DNA of 64,000 nt from the human T2T-CHM13v2.0 reference genome, Homo sapiens. The stretch lies in assembly GCF_009914755.1 (NCBI RefSeq), contig NC_060948.1, one strand, 5' to 3'. Shown here in pieces: positions 53,348 to 64,000 of this stretch; positions within the stretch are counted from its first letter, which is position 1, and every line of letters begins with the position of its first letter. The notes beneath the pieces are model-generated. The model had not been told where the DNA came from and searched no databases. It saw nothing but the letters and a program-made list of their open reading frames with translations. Made by a program: the position numbers and the translations under genes.

Positions 53348-56300
53348 TCGAACTGAAGAGACTGGAATGGAATGCACTGGAATGGAAGGGAGTGTAATGG
53401 AAGGTTCTCGAAAAAAATGGAATCGAATGGAATGGAATTGAATGGAACGGAATAGAGTCAAATGGATTTGAATGGAATGGAATGGACTAGAGTGAAATGG
53501 AATCGAACCACAAGGAATGGACAGGAATAGAATGGTCTCGAATTGAATGGAATCGTATGGAATGGCATCAAACGGAATGGAATGGACAGCCACGGAATGG
53601 AATGCACTCGAATGCAATGGAGTCGAAACTAATGGACTGGAATAGAATGGATTCGACTGGTACGGACTCCAATGGAATGGAATCGAATGGAAGGGAATCG
53701 AACGGAACGGACTCGAAGGGAAAAGACTGCAATGGAAAGGTCTCGAATGGAATGGAAATTAATGGAATGGAATGGAATCGAATGAAATGGAGTCAAAAGG
53801 AATGGAATCGAATGGCAAGAAATCGAATGTAATGGAATCGCAAGGAATTGATGTGAACGGAACGGAATGGAATGGAATCCAAAGGAATGGAATAGAATGG
53901 AATGGAATCGAATGGAAAGGACTCGAATGGAAATCACTCGAATAGAATGCAATTTAATAAAATAGGATCAAATGTAATGGAATGGAATGGAAAGGAATCG
54001 AAACGAAAGGAATGGAGACAGATGGAATGGAATGGAACAGAGAGCAATGGTATAGAATGGAATGGAATCATCAGGAATGGAATTGAATGGAATGGAATAA
54101 TATGAAATGGAATGGAATGGAATGGAATGGAATGCCCTTGAATTAAATGGACTGGAATGGAATGGACTCGAACAGAGTGGAATGGAAAGTGTTGAGATAG
54201 AATGGAATGGACTCGTTTGGAATGGTCTAGTATGCAATGCAATCGACTGGCAGGGAATCAAAAGGAATGTAATGGAATGGATTGGACTGGAATGCAATGG
54301 ACTCGAATAGATTGGAAACGGAATGCAAAGGAATGGAATGGAATAGTATGGAATGGAATGGAAAGGAATGGAGTGGAATAGACTAGAGTGGAATGGAATG
54401 GACTGGAAAGCAATAGACTGGAATGGAACTTTCTTGAATGGACTGGAATCAAACGGAATGGAATGCAAGGCAATCAAATGGCATGGAATAAAATAGAATG
54501 AAAGAGAATCAAATGGAATTGAATCGAATGGAATCGAATGGATTGGAAAGGAATAGAATGGAATGGAATGGAATTGACTCAAATGGAATGGACTAGAATG
54601 GAATGGATTCGAATGGAAGGCAAAGGAATGGAATCTATTGGAATGGACTGGAATGGAATGGAAGGAATTGGAATGGACTCGAATGGAATGGACTGCAATA
54701 GAAAGGATTCGAATGGAATGAAAAAGAATTGAATGGAATAGAACAGAATGGAATCAAATCGAATGAAATGGAATGGAATAGAAAGGAATGGAATGAAATG
54801 GAATGGAATGCAATCGAATGGAATGGAATCGAACGGAATGGAATAAAATGGAAGAAAACTGGCAAGAAATGGAATCGAAATGAATGGAGTGTTATGGAAC
54901 GGACTCAAAAGGAATTGAATGTAATAGAATGGAGTGGAGTGGACTCGAATATAATGGACTGGAATGGAATGAAATCACATGGAATGGGAACGAATGGAAT
55001 GGAATGGAAAGGAATGGAATCGAATGGAAAGGAATCGAATGGAAGGGAATGAAATTGAATCAACAGGAATGGAAGGGAATAGAATAGACGGTAATGGAAT
55101 GGACTCGAATTGAATGGACACGAATGCTCAAATTGAATGGACAAGAATGGAATGGAAACGAAAGGAATGTCATCGAATGGAATTGAATCGATTGGAATGA
55201 AATCGCATAGAATGGAGTGGAATCAAATGGAATTGAATCGAAAGGAAAGGAAGCGAATGGACTGAAATGAAATGGAATGGAATTGAATGGAAAGTAATGC
55301 AATGGAATAGAATGGAACGAAATTTCACGGAATGGAATCAAACTGAATGGAATCAAATCAATGGAATCTAATCAAATGGAATGGAAAGGAATTGAATGGA
55401 GTAGATTGGATTGGATGGGATTGGAATGAAATGTACTGGAAAGGACTCGAATTTCATGAAACGGAATGGAATGAATTGGAAAGGAATGGACTCGAATGGA
55501 ATGGAATGTCATGGAATGGCATCAAATGGAATGGCATCAAATGGAATGGAATCGAATGCAATGCAATGCTATGGAATGGAATGGAATGCATTGGAATGGA
55601 ATGTCCTCTAATGGAATGGATTCGAGTGGAATGGAATCGAATATAATGGAGTCGAATGAAATGGAATTGAAAAGAATGGGATCGAATACAATGGAATATA
55701 CTGGAATGTAATGTAATGAACTCGAATGTAATTGACTGGAATGGAATGTACATGAATGGAATGTAATCGAATGGAAAGTAATCCAATGGAATAGAAACTA
55801 ATGCAATAAAATCGACTCAAATAGAGTAGAATGTAATGGAATGGAGTGCAGTGCAATGGAATGGAATGGAATGGAATGCAATGGAATGGAATGGAATGTT
55901 ATGGAATGGAATGGAATGGATTGGAATGGGATGGAATGGTATGGAATGGATAGTAATGGACTGGAGTGAAATGGACTGGAAAGGAATGGACTCAAATTGA
56001 AAGGGCTCGAAAGGAATGGAGTCAAATGGAATAGTCTGGAATGGAATGAACACGAATGTAATGCAATCCAATAGAATGGAATCGAATGGCATGGAATATA
56101 AAGAAATGGAATCGAAGAGAATGGAAACAAATGGAATGGAATTGAATGGAATGGAATTGAATGGAATGGGAACGAATGGAGTGAAATTGTATGCAGTAGA
56201 AGAGAATAGAATGGAATGCAAGCGAAAGGAAAGGAATGGATTGGAATGGAATGGAATTCATTGGAATGGAAGGGAATGTAGTGTAATGGACAGGCCTGGA

Positions 56301-56896
56301 ATAAAGTGGAATGCTACGGTCTCGAATGGAATAAAAATGTATGGAATGGAATGCAATGAAACGGAATCGAATGTCATAGAATGTAATGGAATGCAACAAA
56401 ATGGAATCCAAAATCATTGACTGGAAAGGCTGGGTGTCGAAAGGAATTGACTCCAATGGAATGGAATCGAATGGAATGGAAGTGAATAGAATCGAACTAA
56501 ATCGAATGGAATGGAATTGATAGGAACGGAATGGAAAGGAATGCAATGATTTGGCACGGAATGGAATCGAATGGCATCGAACGGAATGGAATGGAATGCA
56601 ATTGAATGGAACGTATTAGAATGTAATGAACTTTAATGGAATGTACTCGAATGGATTCGACTGGAATGGAATGTTCTGGAAGTGAATGGACTCCAATGGA
56701 ATGGATTCAAAAGGAATGGAATCGTACGGAATGGAATCTAATGGAATGGAATTAAATGGAAATGAATCAAATTGAATAGCATGGAATTGAATTGAATGGA
56801 ATCGAATGCAATGGAATCTAATGAAACGGAAAGGAAAGGAATGGAATGGAATGGAATGGGCTGGAATGGAAAGGAATCGAAACGAATGGAATGGAA
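53348..56896 (+). repeat. DYZ1 unit 16 (3549 bp)
   Basis: Landmark spacing; near-identical to unit 17. Confidence 0.92.
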
Positions 56897-59800
56897 TCGA
56901 ACTGAAGAGACTGGAATGGAATGCACTGGAATGGAAGGGAGTGTAATGGAAGGTTCTCGAAAAAAATGGAATCGAATGGAATGGAATTGAATGGAACGGA
57001 ATAGAGTCAAATGGATTTGAATGGAATGGAATGGACTAGAGTGAAATGGAATCGAACCACAAGGAATGGACAGGAATAGAATGGTCTCGAATTGAATGGA
57101 ATCGTATGGAATGGCATCAAACGGAATGGAATGGACAGCCACGGAATGGAATGCACTCGAATGCAATGGAGTCGAAACTAATGGACTGGAATAGAATGGA
57201 TTCGACTGGTACGGACTCCAATGGAATGGAATCGAATGGAAGGGAATCGAACGGAACGGACTCGAAGGGAAAAGACTGCAATGGAAAGGTCTCGAATGGA
57301 ATGGAAATTAATGGAATGGAATGGAATCGAATGAAATGGAGTCAAAAGGAATGGAATCGAATGGCAAGAAATCGAATGTAATGGAATCGCAAGGAATTGA
57401 TGTGAACGGAACGGAATGGAATGGAATCCAAAGGAATGGAATAGAATGGAATGGAATCGAATGGAAAGGACTCGAATGGAAATCACTCGAATAGAATGCA
57501 ATTTAATAAAATAGGATCAAATGTAATGGAATGGAATGGAAAGGAATCGAAACGAAAGGAATGGAGACAGATGGAATGGAATGGAACAGAGAGCAATGGT
57601 ATAGAATGGAATGGAATCATCAGGAATGGAATTGAATGGAATGGAATAATATGAAATGGAATGGAATGGAATGGAATGGAATGCCCTTGAATTAAATGGA
57701 CTGGAATGGAATGGACTCGAACAGAGTGGAATGGAAAGTGTTGAGATAGAATGGAATGGACTCGTTTGGAATGGTCTAGTATGCAATGCAATCGACTGGC
57801 AGGGAATCAAAAGGAATGTAATGGAATGGATTGGACTGGAATGCAATGGACTCGAATAGATTGGAAACGGAATGCAAAGGAATGGAATGGAATAGTATGG
57901 AATGGAATGGAAAGGAATGGAGTGGAATAGACTAGAGTGGAACGGAATGGACTGGAAAGCAATAGACTGGAATGGAACTTTCTTGAATGGACTGGAATCA
58001 AACGGAATGGAATGCAAGGCAATCAAATGGCATGGAATAAAATAGAATGAAAGAGAATCAAATGGAATTGAATCGAATGGAATCGAATGGATTGGAAAGG
58101 AATAGAATGGAATGGAATGGAATTGACTCAAATGGAATGGACTAGAATGGAATGGATTCGAATGGAAGGCAAAGGAATGGAATCTATTGGAATGGACTGG
58201 AATGGAATGGAAGGAATTGGAATGGACTCGAATGGAATGGACTGCAATAGAAAGGATTCCAATGGAATGAAAAAGAATTGAATGGAATAGAACAGAATGG
58301 AATCAAATCGAATGAAATGGAATGGAATAGAAAGGAATGGAATGAAATGGAATGGAATGCAATCGAATGGAATGGAATCGAACGGAATGGAATAAAATGG
58401 AAGAAAACTGGCAAGAAATGGAATCGAAATGAATGGAGTGTTATGGAACGGACTCAAAAGGAATTGAATGTAATAGAATGGAGTGGAGTGGACTCGAATA
58501 TAATGGACTGGAATGGAATGAAATCACATGGAATGGGAACGAATGGAATGGAATGGAAAGGAATGGAATCGAATGGAAAGGAATCGAATGGAAGGGAATG
58601 AAATTGAATCAACAGGAATGGAAGGGAATAGAATAGACGGTAATGGAATGGACTCGAATTGAATGGACACGAATGCTCAAATTGAATGGACAAGAATGGA
58701 ATGGAAACGAAAGGAATGTCATCGAATGGAATTGAATCGATTGGAATGAAATCGCATAGAATGGAGTGGAATCAAATGGAATTGAATCGAAAGGAAAGGA
58801 AGCGAATGGACTGAAATGAAATGGAATGGAATTGAATGGAAAGTAATGCAATGGAATAGAATGGAACGAAATTTCACGGAATGGAATCAAACTGAATGGA
58901 ATCAAATCAATGGAATCTAATCAAATGGAATGGAAAGGAATTGAATGGAGTAGATTGGATTGGATGGGATTGGAATGAAATGTACTGGAAAGGACTCGAA
59001 TTTCATGAAACGGAATGGAATGAATTGGAAAGGAATGGACTCGAATGGAATGGAATGTCATGGAATGGCATCAAATGGAATGGCATCAAATGGAATGGAA
59101 TCGAATGCAATGCAATGCTATGGAATGGAATGGAATGCATTGGAATGGAATGTCCTCTAATGGAATGGATTCGAGTGGAATGGAATCGAATATAATGGAG
59201 TCGAATGAAATGGAATTGAAAAGAATGGGATCGAATACAATGGAATATACTGGAATGTAATGTAATGAACTCGAATGTAATTGACTGGAATGGAATGTAC
59301 ATGAATGGAATGTAATCGAATGGAAAGTAATCCAATGGAATAGAAACTAATGCAATAAAATCGACTCAAATAGAGTAGAATGTAATGGAATGGAGTGCAG
59401 TGCAATGGAATGGAATGGAATGGAATGCAATGGAATGGAATGGAATGTTATGGAATGGAATGGAATGGATTGGAATGGGATGGAATGGTATGGAATGGAT
59501 AGTAATGGACTGGAGTGAAATGGACTGGAAAGGAATGGACTCAAATTGAAAGGGCTCGAAAGGAATGGAGTCAAATGGAATAGTCTGGAATGGAATGAAC
59601 ACGAATGTAATGCAATCCAATAGAATGGAATCGAATGGCATGGAATATAAAGAAATGGAATCGAAGAGAATGGAAACAAATGGAATGGAATTGAATGGAA
59701 TGGAATTGAATGGAATGGGAACGAATGGAGTGAAATTGTATGCAGTAGAAGAGAATAGAATGGAATGCAAGCGAAAGGAAAGGAATGGATTGGAATGGAA

Positions 59801-60445
59801 TGGAATTCATTGGAATGGAAGGGAATGTAGTGTAATGGACAGGCCTGGAATAAAGTGGAATGCTACGGTCTCGAATGGAATAAAAATGTATGGAATGGAA
59901 TGCAATGAAACGGAATCGAATGTCATAGAATGTAATGGAATGCAACAAAATGGAATCCAAAATCATTGACTGGAAAGGCTGGGTGTCGAAAGGAATTGAC
60001 TCCAATGGAATGGAATCGAATGGAATGGAAGTGAATAGAATCGAACTAAATCGAATGGAATGGAATTGATAGGAACGGAATGGAGAGGAATGCAATGATT
60101 TGGCATGGAATGCAATCGAATGGCATCGAATGGAATGGAATGGAATGCAATGGAATGGAACGTATTAGAATGGAATGAACTTTAATGGAATGTACTCGAA
60201 TGGATTCGACTGGAATGGAATGTTCTGGAAGTGAATGGACTCCAATGGAATGGATTCAAAAGGAATGGAATCGTACGGAATGGAATCTAATGGAATGGAA
60301 TTAAATGGAAATGAATCAAATTGAATAGCACGGAATTGAATTGAATGGAATGGAATGCAATGGAATCTAATGAAACGGAAAGGAAAGGAATGGAATGGAA
60401 TGGAATGGGCTGGAATGGAAAGGAATCGAAACGAATGGAATGGAA
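56897..60445 (+). repeat. DYZ1 unit 17 (3549 bp)
   Basis: Landmark spacing. Confidence 0.92.
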
Positions 60446-63400
60446 TCGAAGTGAAGAGACTGGAATGGAATGCACTGGAATGGAAGGGAGTGTAATGGAA
60501 GGTTCTCGAAAAAAATGGAATCGAATGGAATGGAATTGAATGGAACGGAATAGAGTCGAATGGAATTGAATGGAATGGAATGGACTAGAGTGAAATGGAA
60601 TCGAACCACAAGGAATGGACAGGAATAGAATGGTCTCGAATTGAATGGAATCGTATGGAATGGCATCAAACGGAATGGAATGGACAGCCACGGAATGGAA
60701 TGCACTCGAATGCAATGGAGTCGAAACTAATGGACTGGAATAGAATGGACTCGACTGGTACGGACTCCAATGGAATGGAATCGAATGGAAGGGAATCGAA
60801 CGGAATGGACTCGAAGGGAAAAGACTGCAATGGAAAGGTCTCGAATGGAATGGAAATTAATGGAATGGAATGGAATCGAATGAAATGGAGTCAAAAGGAA
60901 TGGAATCGAATGGCAAGAAATCGAATGTAATGGAATCGCAAGGAATTGATGTGAACGGAACGGAATGGAATGGAATCCAAAGGAATGGAATAGAATGGAA
61001 TGGAATCGAATGGAAAGGACTCGAATGGAAATCACTCGAATAGAATGCAATTTAATAAAATAGGATCAAATGTAATGGAATGGAATGGAAAGGAATCGAA
61101 ACGAAAGGAATGGAGACAGATGGAATGGAATGGAACAGAGAGCAATGGTATAGAATGGAATGGAATCATCTGGAATGGAATTGAATGGAATGGAATAATA
61201 TGAAATGGAATGGAATGGAATGGAATGCCCTTGAATTAAATGGACTGGAATGGAATGGACTCGAACAGAGTGGAATGGAAAGTGTTGAGATAGAATGGAA
61301 TGGACTCGTTTGGAATGGTCTAGTATGCAATGCAATCGACTGGCAGGGAATCAAAAGGAATGTAATGGAATGGATTGGACTGGAATGCAATGGACTCGAA
61401 TAGATTGGAAACGGAATGCAAAGGAATGGAATGGAATAGTATGGAATGGAATGGAAAGGAATGCAGTGGAATAGACTAGAGTGGAATGGAATGGACTGGA
61501 AAGCAATGGACTGGAATGGAACTTTATTGAATGGACTGGAATCAAACGGAATGGAATGCAATGCAATCAAATGGCATGGAATAAAATAGAATGAAAGAGA
61601 ATCAAATGGAATTGAATCGAATGGAATCGAATGGATTGGAAAGGAATAGAATGGAATGGAATGGAATTGACTCAAATGGAATGGACTAGAATGGAATGGA
61701 TTCGAATGGAAGGCAAAGGAATGGAATCTATTGGAATGGACTGTAATGGAATGGAATGGAAGGGATTGGAATGGACTCGAATGGAATGGACTGCAATAGA
61801 AAGGATTCGAATGGAATGAAAAAGAATTGAATGGAATAGAACAGAATGGAATCAAATCGAATGAAATGGAATGGAATAGAAAGGAATGGAATGAAATGGA
61901 ATGGAAAGGATTCGAATGGAATGCAATCGAATGGAATGGAATCGAACGGAATGGAATAAAATGGAAGAAAACTGGCAAGAAATGGAATCGAAATGAATGG
62001 AGTGTTATGGAACGGACTCAAAAGGAATTGAATGTAATAGAATGGAGTGGAGTGGACTCGAATATAATGGACTGGAATGGAATGAAATCACATGGAATGG
62101 GAACGAATGGAATGGAATGGAAAGGAATGGAATCGAATGGAAAGGAATCGAATGGAAGGGAATGAAATTGAATCAACAGGAATGGAAGGGAATAGAATAG
62201 ACGGTAATGGAATGGACTCGAATAGAATGGACACGAATGCTCAAATTGAATGGACTCGAATGGAATGGAAACGAAAGGAATGTCATCGAATGGAATTGAA
62301 TCGATTGGAATGAAATCGCATAGAATGGAGTGGAATCAAATGGAATTGAATCGAAAGGAAAGGAAGCGAATGGACTGAAATGAAATGGAATGGAATTGAA
62401 TGGAAAGTAATGCAATGGAATAGAATGGAACGAAATTTCACGGAATGGAATCAAACTGAATGGAATCAAACCAATGGAATCAAATCAAATGGAATGGAAA
62501 GGAATTGAATGGAGTAGATTGGATTGGATGGGATTGGAATGAAATGTACTGGAAAGGACTCGAATTTCATGAAACGGAATGGAATGAATTGGAACGGAAC
62601 GGACTCGAATGGAATGGAATGTCATGGAATGGCATCAAATGGAATGGCATCAAATGGAATGGAATCGAATGCAATGGAATGCTATGGAATGGAATGGAAT
62701 GCATTTTAATGGAATGTCCTCTAATGGAATGGATTCGAGTGGAATGGAATCGAATATAATGGAGTCGAATGAAATGGAATTGAAAGGAATGGGATCGAAT
62801 ACAATGGAATATACTGGAATGTAATGTAATGAACTCGAATGTAATTGACTGGAATGGAATGTACATGAATGGAATGTAATCGAATGGAAAGTAATCCAAT
62901 GGAATAGAATCTAATGCAATAAAATCGACTCAGATAGAGTAGAATGTAATGGAATGGAGTGCAGTGCAATGGAATGGAATGGAATGGAATGCAATGGAAT
63001 GGAATGGAATGGAATGGAATGGAATGGAATGGAATGGTGTGGAATGGATAGTAATGGACTGGAGTGAAATGGACTGGAAAGGAATGGACTCAAATTGAAT
63101 GGGCTCGAAAGGAATGGAGTCAAATGGAATGGTCTGGAATGGAATGAACACGAATGTAATGCAATCCAATAGAATGGAATCGAATGGCATGGAATATAAA
63201 GAAATGGAATCGAAGAGAATGGAAACAAATGGAATGGAATTGAGTGGAATGGAATTGAATGGAATGGGAACGAATGGAGTGAAATTGTATGCAGTAGAAG
63301 AGAATAGAATGGAATGCAAGCGAAAGGAAAGGAATGGATTGGAATGGAATGGAATTCATTGGAATGGAAGGGAATGTAGTGTAATGGACAGGCCTGGAAT

Positions 63401-63994
63401 AAAGTGGAATGCTACGGTCTCGAATGGAATAAAAATGTATGGAATGGAATGCAATGAAACGGAATCGAATGTCATAGAATGTAATGGAATGCAAAAAAAT
63501 GGAATCCAAAATCATTGACTGGAAAGGCTGGGTGTCGAAAGGAATTGACTCCAATGGAATGGAATCGAATGGAATGGAAGTGAATAGAATCAAACTAAAT
63601 CGAATGGAATGGAATTGATAGGAACGGAATGGAAAGGAATGCAATGATTTGGCATGGAATGGAATCGAATGGCATCGAATGGAATGGAATGGAATGCAAT
63701 GGAATGGAATGTATTAGAATGTAATGAACTTTAATGGAATGTACTCGAATGGATTCGACTGGAATGGAATGTTCTGGAAGTGAATGGACTCCAATGGAAT
63801 GGATTCAAAAGGAATGGAATCGTACGGAATGGAATCTAATGGAATGGAATTAAATGGAAATGAATCAAATTGAATAGCACGGAATTGAATTGAATGGAAT
63901 GGAATGCAATGGAATCTAATGAAACGGAAAGGAAAGGAATGGAATGGAATGGAATGGGCTGGAATGGAAAGGAATCGAAACGAATGGAATGGAA
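60446..63994 (+). repeat. DYZ1 unit 18 (3549 bp)
   Basis: Landmark spacing; the next landmark begins at 63995 and is cut by the window end. Confidence 0.92.
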
Positions 63995-64000
63995 TCGAAC

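Larger units (their letters stand above)
1..64000 (+). repeat. DYZ1: Human Satellite III (HSat3) array, DYZ1 family (Yq12 heterochromatin), GGAAT-rich strand on +; 18 tandem ~3.55-kb units
   Basis: Continuous degenerate GGAAT pentamers. Landmark motifs (TCGAACTGAAGAGACT, GGACAGGCCTGGAATAAAGTGG, GGCTGGGTGTCG) recur every 3534-3592 bp. The reverse complement of ~2916-2957 reads CCTGTCCATTACACTACATTCCCTTCCATTCCAATGAATTCC, which matches my recollection of the start of the DYZ1 HaeIII unit. Confidence 0.97.

Noticed and set aside
1-63994. Strict multi-unit higher-order repeat (e.g. 4-, 11- or 13-mer)
   Set aside because: Shared variants occur at several inconsistent offsets and over partial units only. 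A longer period cannot be excluded from 18 units.
1-64000. CRISPR-like or other repeat-spacer system
   Set aside because: No unique spacers, leader or associated genes; the variation is point mutation of one tandem unit.
1-64000. Embedded Alu/DYZ2 block, L1 or other insertion, or strand inversion
   Set aside because: No non-satellite stretch or CATTC-oriented segment was seen, and unit lengths leave no room for an insertion beyond a few tens of bp.
63995-64000. Window length almost exactly equal to 18 units
   Set aside because: A coincidence of window size with no biological meaning.

Overview
The whole 64 kb window is one uninterrupted, single-orientation array of human Satellite III: degenerate (GGAAT)n on the + strand, (CATTC)n on the - strand. 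It is organised as a ~3.55-kb tandem unit that I recognise as DYZ1 of Y-chromosome Yq12 heterochromatin. Supporting evidence: unit lengths of 3534-3592 bp around the classical 3564 bp, one HaeIII/StuI site and one EcoRI site per unit, and both classical Y1.1/Y1.2 sexing-primer sequences as I recall them. The window holds 18 units (1-63994, mean ~3555 bp). I see no genes, RNA genes, mobile elements, DYZ2/Alu blocks or inversions; all ORFs are artefacts of pentamer periodicity. I found no new protein-coding system. The notable signals lie in the repeat itself: (1) three perfect nGAAnnTTCnnGAAn heat-shock elements at fixed positions in each unit, made by in-register inverted pentamers; (2) four conserved register shifts confined to ~1.07 kb of each unit; (3) a readable history of recent one-unit duplications, a triplication and mosaic units; (4) two rare out-of-register indels and several restriction-site losses that could serve as landmarks. 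All variant comparisons were made by eye and need alignment to confirm.
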